This document shows, one piece after another, positions 28,815 to 38,181 of a stretch of DNA of 64,000 nt (position 1 is its first letter; each line of letters begins with the position of its first letter). Under the pieces are notes generated by a model. The model was not told where the DNA came from. It did not search any database and saw only the letters and a list, made by a program, of their open reading frames with translations. The position numbers and the translations under genes were made by a program. The stretch is from Candidatus Omnitrophota bacterium (lineage in GTDB: Bacteria > Omnitrophota > Omnitrophia > Omnitrophales > Aquincolibacteriaceae): assembly GCA_030698625.1 (NCBI GenBank), contig JAUYMS010000040.1, positions 21,499-85,498 on the forward strand, given 5' to 3'.

Positions 28815-29737
28815 AGATAAAGTGGCCGTGGCTCAAAGAGGCGACCCGCAAAAAGGCACAACACGCCGGGCTTCGAAATCGTGTCGCTGAGATGAAAATG
28901 GCGCGAGCGGCCAGGGGGCTAATTCATAAGGACAACCCGAGTCTCTCTGTCATTATTCACTCGTTCAATCACAGGGAGAATATTGTCCCTATGATACGAA
29001 GCCTGGAGCGCATTCCGACCATTGAAGAGCTCATTATCTCTGAAGACGGCTCTCTCGACGGATCCCTGGAGGAATGGCTTCGCCACCTTGAAAAACCAAA
29101 TCATTTTTTAATCCGCTCCAACGATATTCACGAAATGCGTTCTTATGATCGGGCCATCGGACTCGCTCGTGCTCCCATATTTTGCCTGCTTCAAGATGAT
29201 GATGTCTTCTGCGGCACCCCCTGGGTAGAGCCTGTGCTTGCCCTTTTCGCAAAATATCCAAAACTCGCCATAGTGGGCGGCAACCTTGCGTCAGGGCGAA
29301 TTAGTCCCCATTTCCCCGACGGCCTTTATGGCAAGGACATCACGTCTCGTGATCCCGAAATCGATATCCCATTCCGGTTCGTCGAGAGTGCGGCGTTCGG
29401 GCCCTTCTTCATGAGGAAGGACGTGTACCGAGAGCTTGGTGGTTTTGATTACAGCATGTCACAGCCGGGACACAACTGCATCAACACAGACTCCGAAATT
29501 TGTTATCGTGCTTGGGACCGTGGCTACGCGGTGGGGCTCGCACACATACCCTTTGACCGCAGCAGCATTAAAGGCGGCAGCCATATTTTCAGCAAAGACT
29601 CGCGTGACATTGACGCTACAATTCGCACGCGAAAAATTATCAGCGATAAGTATGACAGCAGCTTCAAGGACATTCACGACAAAGTGTGCCGCGCCAACGA
29701 GCGGCTCGTTCCCATAGCTGAGGCACAACTCTTGTGA
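28811..29737 (+). CDS. GT-A fold glycosyltransferase (GT2-like), paralog of the ORF at 17389
   Basis: SVIIHSFNH...ISEDGSLDGS...LQDDD. GTGA overlap with the upstream gene. Confidence 0.6.
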   Translation: MKIKWPWLKEATRKKAQHAGLRNRVAEMKMARAARGLIHKDNPSLSVIIHSFNHRENIVPMIRSLERIPTIEELIISEDGSLDGSLEEWLRHLEKPNHFLIRSNDIHEMRSYDRAIGLARAPIFCLLQDDDVFCGTPWVEPVLALFAKYPKLAIVGGNLASGRISPHFPDGLYGKDITSRDPEIDIPFRFVESAAFGPFFMRKDVYRELGGFDYSMSQPGHNCINTDSEICYRAWDRGYAVGLAHIPFDRSSIKGGSHIFSKDSRDIDATIRTRKIISDKYDSSFKDIHDKVCRANERLVPIAEAQLL

Positions 29738-29843
29738 ACTGGTTTAAGAAATTTTGGTGCGGCGTTAAAAAATGGTTTTCACAGCGCAAAGAAAAGCAAG
29801 CGGGGGATGTCCCTGACGACATCTACCCGTTATTCTAAAAATC

Positions 29844-30869
29844 ATGAGCCTTTTTCTGAACTATCTTGCAGCATTAATCGGAGTTTTCCTGGTTGCCGAA
29901 GTGGCCGTGCGCCTCTTTGGGCAGCGTCCCTGGAAACCCTCCCGGGGAAAACGGGCCTGGCGCATTGAGCCGGAGGATACGCTCTATGCCAAGGATGCGA
30001 AACTCGGCCACACTCACTTGGCAGGCAAGCACCGCGCCGTGAGCAACCGCGATCCGAGCCATTCTTTTATCTTAACTCACGGCTCAGATACGCTGCGGGT
30101 TACCTCACCGCCCGAAAGGACGCCGCAGCATGACACCCGTTCTGAAATATGGATTTTTGGTTGCTCTTACACGCATGGGTGGGGTATCAACGATTGGGAA
30201 ACCTATCCTTGGCTATTGCAGGAGCGCTATCCCGAATATCATGTGATTAACTTTGGGGTAACGGCATACGGCACCATTCACTCGCTGATCCAGTTTGAAC
30301 AGCGGATCGCCAGCGGGCGTAAGCCTGCCTGCGTTGTCCTGGCATACAGCGGACGCCATGACATGCGCAACACAATGTCGCGTCACATGAGCAAGAAGAT
30401 AACGGCCGTCAATGCCCTCGGGGCCCTTGTCGAGCCCCATGCGTATTTTTCTGCCGACGGAAAACTTTCGTATGAGGCTCGCTTGGTGGAATATAAGCCC
30501 TGGCCGTTGATGAGGTATTCGGCATTCATACATACCCTTGAGGAGATGTTTACGCGCTGGGAGATGAGTCTTCATAGGAATCACGAAGTAACTCTCGCCG
30601 CAATCCGGCGATTCCGCGAAATTGCAACGCATCTGGGATCTCCATTTGTTATCGCGGGCATTTACCGTGTCCGGGCGAATATGCGCCGAACGCTTGAATC
30701 GGACCGGTTTCTCAAAGTCAATATTTCGGTCGACCTGGGAGATCCGAAAAATAACTGCCGGCCCTATGACCCGCATCCGAGCGCGGCGGCCAATCGGGTT
30801 TATGCCGATAAGCTTTCGGCTTTTCTAGATGCGAACGTCTTTGGCAATTTACCCGCGGAGGTGTCATGA
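29844..30869 (+). CDS. SGNH/GDSL-like hydrolase or acyltransferase with N-terminal TM helix
   Basis: N-terminal hydrophobic helix (LFLNYLAALIGVFLVAEVAV), then block I IWIFGCSYTHGWG (GDS-like). Paralog of the ORF at 46206. Confidence 0.5.
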   Translation: MSLFLNYLAALIGVFLVAEVAVRLFGQRPWKPSRGKRAWRIEPEDTLYAKDAKLGHTHLAGKHRAVSNRDPSHSFILTHGSDTLRVTSPPERTPQHDTRSEIWIFGCSYTHGWGINDWETYPWLLQERYPEYHVINFGVTAYGTIHSLIQFEQRIASGRKPACVVLAYSGRHDMRNTMSRHMSKKITAVNALGALVEPHAYFSADGKLSYEARLVEYKPWPLMRYSAFIHTLEEMFTRWEMSLHRNHEVTLAAIRRFREIATHLGSPFVIAGIYRVRANMRRTLESDRFLKVNISVDLGDPKNNCRPYDPHPSAAANRVYADKLSAFLDANVFGNLPAEVS

Positions 30870-31843
30870 TGCCCAAATGCCTCGTGCTTGGTGCCGACGG
30901 ATTCATGGGAAGTCACCTTAGCGAAAAGCTCGTGGAGGCGGGTCATGAGGTCGTCTGTTTTGACCGCTTCCGAAACGGAGAACCCAGGCACATCAAAGGC
31001 CTGTCGTTCAGGACCGAGGTCGTTCACGGTGATATCCGAGCCACATCGGCACTGGACAAAGCTTTGACGGGCTGTGATATCGTTTTCCATTTTGCTTCTG
31101 CAATCAAGCCTTACTCGGATAGCGTGGCCCCCGGCAAAGTTATTGAGGAAGAATCCGATGCCGCAATTCAGCTCTTCGATCTGTGCGTACGGCATAAAAT
31201 CAAAAAGATCATCTTCCCTTCAACAGGCGGTGCGGTGTACGGGGGAATGCCCTTATCAAAATCAACGATTTCCGAAACTCATGCTGCCAGGCCCGAACTC
31301 GCCTACGCTATTCACAAGCGCGGGCTCGAAAAGGTGCTAGCCCAATACGCCTCGGAGAAAAAGCTCAATTCTTGTGTATTGCGAATCTCGAACTGCTATG
31401 GCCCCCGCGCTCCTTTACGCGGCACTCAGGGGGTTATCAGTATTTTTATGCGGCACCTTGCGGACGGCGAACCTCCTTTGATCTACGGTGATGGCCGGTC
31501 CGTTCGAGATTATGTGTACGTGACCGACGTCATCTCGGCCATAATCCTGAGTGCGATGAATCCAACGCGCCACGCGATCTACAATATCGGAGCTGCGGAA
31601 GGTTACAGTGTCATAGAAATATTCGAAAAAATAAGAGAGATTGCGGAGCGCGATATCCGCCCCGTATTTCGTGAAGCAAGACAGAATGAGATACCCCGAA
31701 TCGTCTTGAACACCGACAGGTTTCGCCGAGAGTTCCTCTGGCGACCGCGGGTCGACTTTGAGACCGGCCTACGCCAGGTGTGGCAATGGATCGTTAATGA
31801 AACTCAGACCTCATCACTAAAGCAAATCGCGGAGAAAGCATAA
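30866..31843 (+). CDS. NAD-dependent epimerase/dehydratase (extended SDR)
   Basis: GADGFMGSHL Rossmann motif, YAIHK (YxxxK), 325 aa. Confidence 0.8.
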   Translation: MMPKCLVLGADGFMGSHLSEKLVEAGHEVVCFDRFRNGEPRHIKGLSFRTEVVHGDIRATSALDKALTGCDIVFHFASAIKPYSDSVAPGKVIEEESDAAIQLFDLCVRHKIKKIIFPSTGGAVYGGMPLSKSTISETHAARPELAYAIHKRGLEKVLAQYASEKKLNSCVLRISNCYGPRAPLRGTQGVISIFMRHLADGEPPLIYGDGRSVRDYVYVTDVISAIILSAMNPTRHAIYNIGAAEGYSVIEIFEKIREIAERDIRPVFREARQNEIPRIVLNTDRFRREFLWRPRVDFETGLRQVWQWIVNETQTSSLKQIAEKA

Positions 31844-31845
31844 AC

Positions 31846-33543
31846 ATGATAGAAGTAACCACCAGAGAGTTGTCAAAGCAGCCCTCGACTGAAAAGCCCA
31901 ATGCCGTGATCTGGTACCTGGCAGTCCGGCCGTCTATAATCGACAGTTTGCGAGGGCTCTATGAGCACTTCAATAACCAGTACAAGTACCCGGTCATCAT
32001 CTTCACTTTCGGGCAGCCCTACTCAAAGGCCTTCATTAGCAAAATTCATCGAACCATTGACCCCGCGATTCGCTTTGTCAAAGTAAAGCCGCGCATTCCG
32101 GCGAATGTGCCTGAAAGCGAGCTCTTCTATAACCGCAAAGACATTCGCTATGTGCGCAAGAATTTCCCCGAAACCCGTATCGGATATCTCCATATGTGCC
32201 ACTTTATGGCAGGCGGTTTTCTCGACACAAAAGAGTTAGATGGCTACGACTGGGGCATGCGCCTCGATGACGACTCCTTCTTTTTGGAAGACATCTCCTT
32301 TGATTTCTTCCGCGTCATGCGCGATGGGCGATATCTCTATGGCACGGGGTATGAAAATGACCGCGAGCTTGCGCCGAAGCGAAGCGTCAATGATTGCACG
32401 AGCGGACTCTGGGAATTTACGGATGCCTATATGAAGAAAAACAGTATTGAGTCTGACTGGATTCAGCGTCACAGGCGCTCAGACGGAAGCTTTCACTATG
32501 TAGTCGGTGCAGGAAACATGACGCTGTGGAATCTTAACCTGTTCCGCAGCCCAGAGTGGCGTAGTTGGTGGAAGACGCTGCTCGAATCCGGCGGAATCTA
32601 TAAGTATCGTTGGGGCGATCAAGAAATCCACCGCCTCTTTATGCAAATGCAGTTCAAAGAGTCCGAGTGGAAATCATTCGCCCCCGAGCTCCTTGATTGC
32701 CGCTACAAGCATGAGTCGGTTCCGGAAAAACGCAAGTACTGGCACGGCGGGTTGGGGATGTGGCACACAAAACCTCATCGCTCTGCCGCACTCGCAGAGC
32801 ATCTGCGCGGCTACATGCGCAACCTTGCCCGGGCGTTATCCCCGAGAAAGTTCCTCGCTAGCCTTCGCCCGAAGCAACAGATGAACCTCACCGAAATGGG
32901 CAGACGCTTTCATGCGGAAAAGGCAGACCCGACAAGGCAGTATTTTGGCAAGTGTCTTACCGAGATTTACGAGCCCTATTTGACGGCATTTTGCGGGAAA
33001 CCCATTAAGTTGCTTGAGATTGGCGTGGCACGTGGGAAATCGCTGAGGATGTGGGCGAAATATTTCCCGCAGGCAAAGATCTTCGGGCTCGACATTAACC
33101 CTATAACTAGGAAATACGAGCGCGGAAGAATTCGGATTATTATCGGGTCCCAAAACGATCCGAACGTACTAGATGGAGTGAGCCGGGAAGCGGGCACACT
33201 TGACATCATCATCGACGACGGCAGTCACGTCAACACCCACATCCTTCAGTCCTTTGAAACCCTGTTCCCAAAACTGAATTCCGGCGGCGTTTATATCATC
33301 GAGGCTCTCCACTGTTCGTATCAAGATCTCGAAACAGCCGGGGGCATCGGGGTGCGTGAGGGATCGCGTCAAGGCTTGGGGTGGAGCGGCATGCATCTCA
33401 ATCCCGAGTCGGAATCTTTCACTAATCACCGCGAAGACATGGATCGTTTCTTTCTTGAGCGCATCAAACAACTGGATCACAAAGAAGGCAGTATTCAAAG
33501 CATCCACTTCTGGTCACGGACCTGTATCATCACAAAGGTATAA
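31846..33543 (+). CDS. Fusion: GT15 (Kre2/Mnt1-type alpha-1,2-mannosyltransferase) domain + CmcI/Methyltransf_24-like SAM methyltransferase
   Basis: The N-terminus aligns by eye to yeast Mnt1: YKYPVIIF..., YLHMCHFMAGGF..DGYDWGMRLDDDSFF (cf. YRHMCRFQSGFF..EYDWYWRVEPD) and NLNLFRSPEWRSW...GGIYKYRWGDQEIH (cf. NLNLWRSPAYREY..GGFFYERWGDAPVH). The C-terminus has LLEIGVARGKS...IIDDGSH...GGVYIIE. Confidence 0.7.
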   Translation: MIEVTTRELSKQPSTEKPNAVIWYLAVRPSIIDSLRGLYEHFNNQYKYPVIIFTFGQPYSKAFISKIHRTIDPAIRFVKVKPRIPANVPESELFYNRKDIRYVRKNFPETRIGYLHMCHFMAGGFLDTKELDGYDWGMRLDDDSFFLEDISFDFFRVMRDGRYLYGTGYENDRELAPKRSVNDCTSGLWEFTDAYMKKNSIESDWIQRHRRSDGSFHYVVGAGNMTLWNLNLFRSPEWRSWWKTLLESGGIYKYRWGDQEIHRLFMQMQFKESEWKSFAPELLDCRYKHESVPEKRKYWHGGLGMWHTKPHRSAALAEHLRGYMRNLARALSPRKFLASLRPKQQMNLTEMGRRFHAEKADPTRQYFGKCLTEIYEPYLTAFCGKPIKLLEIGVARGKSLRMWAKYFPQAKIFGLDINPITRKYERGRIRIIIGSQNDPNVLDGVSREAGTLDIIIDDGSHVNTHILQSFETLFPKLNSGGVYIIEALHCSYQDLETAGGIGVREGSRQGLGWSGMHLNPESESFTNHREDMDRFFLERIKQLDHKEGSIQSIHFWSRTCIITKV

Positions 33544-33546
33544 ACG

Positions 33547-34284
33547 ATGGCAAACTCCCTACTCACAATTATCGGGTTAGGCGGTGTTGAACGATGGGCG
33601 AGAAGCAGGCTGCACAACCATCGTATCCATAAGTACTTTGCCGCAAAAAGACCCGGGGACAATAACTCCCAGTTTGCGATGCAGGAGCTCCTTTTCCACG
33701 CTGCCGACGTGCTGGAGAAGCATCGGATTCCTTATTGGCTGGACTGCGGAACGCTCCTCGGGGCCTGGCGTCAGGGAAATAATCTTCCTCAAGACGCCGA
33801 TGTGGATATTGGAATTCTGGAAGAGGACGCTGACCGCGTTGTCGACCACCTCAAAGGCGATTTGAAACCGCCCTATGAAATTGTGGCCGAAGGCCTTTGC
33901 CCGCGTGTCTATAACCGTCTCATTAAGTTCCCTAAGAAAACCCGGCACTACCTGCCGAAAATGAAGTGGCCCATCCACGTTGATTTACGAATCTTCAAAC
34001 TCGAAGACGGTTTTGTTAAATGCAGCGATAGAATGGGTTACGACCAGAAGCGAAAATATCAATCCGGGGCGATCACCCCTGAGGGGTGGTCCATGGGAAA
34101 ACCGAAACCGGTGCCGGCAGAATGGGTCTTCCCACTTGCTAAATGCAGGGTTCGCGGCAGGGAATTTTCGGCTCCTCGAGAGACTGAGACATATCTCGAA
34201 TTCAAATACGGATGCATCGGTGAAATCGGCAAAGAATGCGTGTGGAATCCCGACACCCAAAAACTGGAGAAGATAAAGCAATGA
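33547..34284 (+). CDS. LicD-family phosphotransferase (phosphocholine/phosphonate headgroup transferase-like)
   Basis: YWLDCGTLLGAWRQG followed by DADVDIGI, the LicD/fukutin nucleotidyltransferase-fold motifs. 245 aa. Confidence 0.8.
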   Translation: MANSLLTIIGLGGVERWARSRLHNHRIHKYFAAKRPGDNNSQFAMQELLFHAADVLEKHRIPYWLDCGTLLGAWRQGNNLPQDADVDIGILEEDADRVVDHLKGDLKPPYEIVAEGLCPRVYNRLIKFPKKTRHYLPKMKWPIHVDLRIFKLEDGFVKCSDRMGYDQKRKYQSGAITPEGWSMGKPKPVPAEWVFPLAKCRVRGREFSAPRETETYLEFKYGCIGEIGKECVWNPDTQKLEKIKQ

Positions 34285-35900
34285 AGAAACTGACTTTTAA
34301 TATTTGGATATCGGGAGAGGGCTATGCCAAGATATTTCTCGGGCCCCTGCTCCAAAGCATTGACGAGGTTTATCGCGGCACTGTGGGCTTGACCGTATGC
34401 TACGAAAACCTGAGTGATGATTTTCGTCTGGATTACAGCCGGCGGCTCCCATCCATTTACTGGCTCCCCGCCGGTGTCGCAGAGATGAAGCGTGACCATC
34501 TTCATGAGGGCTCCAAGCAACACTTGTGCAATTACACCTGGCTCAAAATGCTGGAGAAGGCCGATGACGGCTGGCATGCATTTATAGACGCAGACATGAT
34601 CCTGCTTCGCGATATACGCCACTTCTTTGAGGCGGACTTTGACGTAGCCTATACCTACTTTGACAGGACACACTTTTCTCCCGGAGGAGATATATCGCGG
34701 TCGGCTTCGGGCAAATATGATCGTATCAACCTGGGGGTCGTGCTCGTGAAGAACGTGGTCCACGGTTTGAGGTTTTTCCGAAAATGGGCAGAAGTGAGCG
34801 ACAAGTACTTGAGTGAACCTAAAAAATACGCCGACCTCACATGGGAGTGGGGTTCACCCGACCAAGCGGCATTCGTGAGTCTGCTAGCTACCGAGGATCA
34901 CACAAGACCCTATGAGCGTAACGGAATCAAATTACAGCCTTATTTAGCGCAGGATCTTAATGAGCCTGCGGGTCTGCCTATCACCGAAAGACAGCATGCG
35001 ATTCACCTCAAAAACTGGTGGCCGGTACTGCCGGACGGGAAGTGGGAGAACATCCGCTCTCCGAAGGCAAAGCAAGGTCGCAACGCTCGTGTTTGCGGCG
35101 AACAGTACCGCGCATGGCGGGGCTTCTATCACCGCTGGAATCGCCGCGGGGAATCCGGCTTGACTCACATCACGAGAAAGGTCGGAACGTTGATTCGTGA
35201 AGGTCGATTGCCCAATAGTTGGACGGCTTCGGTCCAGTCGTTCTTTAAGAAGCGCGGACTTGATAAACGCCTCACAAAATGGAAGAACGTGCTTGCTGCG
35301 GGTTTTTTCACAGCCAGAGCCTATGTCTGTTATAGGTTAAAGCGTCCTTTACCCGGACGGGAAGATTTGCCTTACCTCTTGCGAGTCTTGAAACTGGACG
35401 GCGAGGGAGTGGAGGTCGGAGTGCAAGGCGGCGGCTATTCCAAAAGATTGTTGCGTCACAGCGGCTTAGCGAAGCTCCATTCAGTGGATCCCTGGCAATC
35501 TTTTGAGGAGCACGAATATGTCAGCAGCGCCAACGTTTCACAGCAAGAACAGGATTGGCTCTACGCCAAGACACAAAGGAAACTGAACAGCTTCGGGGAC
35601 CGCAGCCAAATCTTGCGCATGGCGTCTACCCAGGCGGCGCCGCAATTCGCGGATGAAAGCCTGGACTTCGTATTCATCGATGCCAACCACGCCTATTCGG
35701 CGGTTAAAGAAGACATTGAGCACTGGTGGCCGAAAGTCAAAAAAGGCGGGCTCTTTGCAGGGCATGACTATCTCGATGGTGACCTCCCAACGGGCGATTA
35801 CGGGGTCAAACAAGCGGTAAATGAATTAATCAAGGAGCACGGGCAGGAACTCTTCGTCATCCCGCAAGAGTTCCCAACCTGGTATGTGATCAAGAAATGA
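34281..35900 (+). CDS. Fusion: GT-A (GT8-related) glycosyltransferase domain + class I SAM methyltransferase (Methyltransf_24-like)
   Basis: N-terminus: AFIDADMILL (DxD)...INLGVVLVK. C-terminus: VEVGVQGGGYS...FVFIDANHAYSAV...GGLFAGHDY. ATG at 34281 overlaps the upstream stop. Paralog of the ORF at 49258. Confidence 0.6.
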   Translation: MKKLTFNIWISGEGYAKIFLGPLLQSIDEVYRGTVGLTVCYENLSDDFRLDYSRRLPSIYWLPAGVAEMKRDHLHEGSKQHLCNYTWLKMLEKADDGWHAFIDADMILLRDIRHFFEADFDVAYTYFDRTHFSPGGDISRSASGKYDRINLGVVLVKNVVHGLRFFRKWAEVSDKYLSEPKKYADLTWEWGSPDQAAFVSLLATEDHTRPYERNGIKLQPYLAQDLNEPAGLPITERQHAIHLKNWWPVLPDGKWENIRSPKAKQGRNARVCGEQYRAWRGFYHRWNRRGESGLTHITRKVGTLIREGRLPNSWTASVQSFFKKRGLDKRLTKWKNVLAAGFFTARAYVCYRLKRPLPGREDLPYLLRVLKLDGEGVEVGVQGGGYSKRLLRHSGLAKLHSVDPWQSFEEHEYVSSANVSQQEQDWLYAKTQRKLNSFGDRSQILRMASTQAAPQFADESLDFVFIDANHAYSAVKEDIEHWWPKVKKGGLFAGHDYLDGDLPTGDYGVKQAVNELIKEHGQELFVIPQEFPTWYVIKK

Positions 35901-36535
35901 AACTCTTCCCCTGGCAAAAGAATAACATCGATCAGATCATCGATTTTCATCACCGCAATGACTCCGGATTCGCGCGGCATCATTTGGCACTTTACTCGGT
36001 AGTTTTGGGGCTCGAAACCAAAAGCGCATTTGAGTTTGGCTGCGGCCGTTCCACGCTTACGATACTTCGCGCCCTGCGTCAGACAGGGGGCAGGCTCATT
36101 TCCTGCGACCTGCGCGATCTTCCCGATACCGGTGTCGACGCAAACGATCTCTATCGCTTCAGGGATATATGGGATTACCTGCAGGGGGATTCGCTCGGGA
36201 TTGCTTCTGAGGTTGGGAATGAGATATTCGATTTCGTCTTACATGACGGCTCACACGAAGCGGATATCGTCCAGTCGGACCTCAGTAAGATCGTCCCCCG
36301 AATGATGAGAAACAGCATCCTCTTGCTTCATGACACCGACCACCCGACCCAGGACTATGGCCTGCAAGCTGCCGCAGAAAGAGCCCTGGCACCGTATCGC
36401 CACAGCCTGGTAACCCTTCCCTACGGTTATGGCCTCACCATCGTCAGGATCGATGAGGACTTCGGGCATGGGACAGTTCGGGTTGAGTGGAGAAAAACAA
36501 AATCCGGGAAGCCGAAGGTCAAGAAGAGAAAATGA
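35897..36535 (+). CDS. Class I SAM methyltransferase (CmcI/Methyltransf_24-like)
   Basis: FEFGCGRST...FVLHDGSHE...LLLHDTD. Confidence 0.6.
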   Translation: MKLFPWQKNNIDQIIDFHHRNDSGFARHHLALYSVVLGLETKSAFEFGCGRSTLTILRALRQTGGRLISCDLRDLPDTGVDANDLYRFRDIWDYLQGDSLGIASEVGNEIFDFVLHDGSHEADIVQSDLSKIVPRMMRNSILLLHDTDHPTQDYGLQAAAERALAPYRHSLVTLPYGYGLTIVRIDEDFGHGTVRVEWRKTKSGKPKVKKRK

Positions 36536-38181
36536 AATTATCAATCGTCATCACGACATTCAATAGGGCTGAGTGCCTCAAGGCAAATCTCCTTGAATTT
36601 GCTAAGCAGACGGACACTGACTTCGAAGTGATCGTGGCTATGGATGGGTGCACCGACAAAACCGAGGACATGCTCTCAGAACTCCTGCCGGCTCTGCCTT
36701 ATGAACTCCGTTGGGTCGATACGGGCGAAACCGGCAAATACTGCTTGGGCAAAGCAAGAAACATGGGCATCCTGGAATCAACCGGCGAAGCGGTCGTCAT
36801 CCTCGACGATGACACCTTTCCCACTCCCGAATTTGTCCAAGAGCACAAGAGGACCGCTCGCCCCAGGACGATTACATGCGGCTATCGGAATTCTCATGAT
36901 CCGGCCGATGAGCTTCACGCCAAGATGAAAAGTCAAATGCAAAAACTCAAGCAGGGGAAACTCAACCGCATCAAAGGGGTAGAGAACAATGCCTGCATGT
37001 ATCGTGAGGATTGGATCGGATGCGGGCTCTTTTCTGAGAGAATCGAGGGCTACGGCGGCGTCGGGCAGGAGTTCATGCCCCGCCTAAGGTTTCAGGGATT
37101 CGGTTACCAATTTAACCCAAAGGCCATGGCCTATCATCACCGTGAATACGAAGGCGTCAACGGCCTGACGCGTGACAAAAAAAGCGAACAGCACACCGCA
37201 AATCTGGCGCAGCTCAGAAAATTCTTCCCCAAAGATCAGGGCGATGCCGTGCCGCAGAGCTTTGATGATCTCGCTGCCGTTCCTACTGCAAAGCTCTCCG
37301 GAATCCAGAAAACAATTGAAGAGATGAGATATTCCTACGCATTGCACCATGCCCGGTCCAGGAGGGCGTTGATCCTAGCTCCGTACGGACAGGAGTACTT
37401 CGATGACGGGCTAAAACACCTCACGGCATCCCGGGCGGTACGTGCGCTCGTGGCCCAAGGGAAACTGGACGTGCTGATATTCACCTCGAAACGCACGAAG
37501 ATTTCCCGTATTCCCGAGGGCTATCAAGTGCTTGCCATCTCAGACGTGCCGCGCTGGCCGCCTGCTCCCGCGCTGCAGAATCGCTTCATCAAATGGGCTA
37601 TCCCTTTACTTTTTCCTAATATAGGCTCAAGCATTTATCTCGACACCGATTTGCGGATCACCCACAGCAGCGAAAGATTGTCACAAATCTTTGCGACAAT
37701 CGAGGATAAGAAATTCATCCTATCTTTACACCCGCGTTCGGGGTGGCAGACGGAATATGAAAAAATAGTCCGCAAGGGGGCACATGATAATCGCGAGCTG
37801 CTCGAACAACAGCGGCGCTTATTTCTCGCCCTCGGTATCCCGGAGCAGATCGCTTTTTACCAATGCAATTTTATCGGCCGCCGCCACGATGCTCTGGAGA
37901 ACAACCCCTTTTATCTAAATGTCTTACAGCAATTAAACTGCTACAGCGGACGGGACCAGTTAGCGGTCGCTTACGCGCTCTTCGTCACAGATATTAAGCC
38001 GTACAGTCTCCCGGTTGGGGAAGATCTATTCGCTTATGCACCGAAACTGCAAAACAATATGCCATGTTTCGTTGATGAAAAGGCGTGGCCTCGATTCAAA
38101 CAGCTTGCGCTCAAGGACGAGAGGCGGAAGAAATCTCCCGTTCAAAGGATACTCTCATGGTCACGAAATCCGGATTGGTAA
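36532..38181 (+). CDS. GT2 glycosyltransferase with ~300-aa C-terminal domain of unknown function
   Basis: MKLSIVITTFNRAE...VAMDGCTDKT...ILDDD. ATG at 36532 overlaps the upstream stop (ATGA). The C-terminal half has no motif I recognise. Confidence 0.65.
   Translation: MKLSIVITTFNRAECLKANLLEFAKQTDTDFEVIVAMDGCTDKTEDMLSELLPALPYELRWVDTGETGKYCLGKARNMGILESTGEAVVILDDDTFPTPEFVQEHKRTARPRTITCGYRNSHDPADELHAKMKSQMQKLKQGKLNRIKGVENNACMYREDWIGCGLFSERIEGYGGVGQEFMPRLRFQGFGYQFNPKAMAYHHREYEGVNGLTRDKKSEQHTANLAQLRKFFPKDQGDAVPQSFDDLAAVPTAKLSGIQKTIEEMRYSYALHHARSRRALILAPYGQEYFDDGLKHLTASRAVRALVAQGKLDVLIFTSKRTKISRIPEGYQVLAISDVPRWPPAPALQNRFIKWAIPLLFPNIGSSIYLDTDLRITHSSERLSQIFATIEDKKFILSLHPRSGWQTEYEKIVRKGAHDNRELLEQQRRLFLALGIPEQIAFYQCNFIGRRHDALENNPFYLNVLQQLNCYSGRDQLAVAYALFVTDIKPYSLPVGEDLFAYAPKLQNNMPCFVDEKAWPRFKQLALKDERRKKSPVQRILSWSRNPDW

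Noticed and set aside
30213-30776. 187-aa minus-strand ORF inside the SGNH gene
   Set aside because: Shadow ORF in a high-GC coding region.
34059-34763. 234-aa minus-strand ORF spanning the LicD to GT8-methyltransferase junction
   Set aside because: Shadow ORF. Both plus-strand genes have strong motifs.
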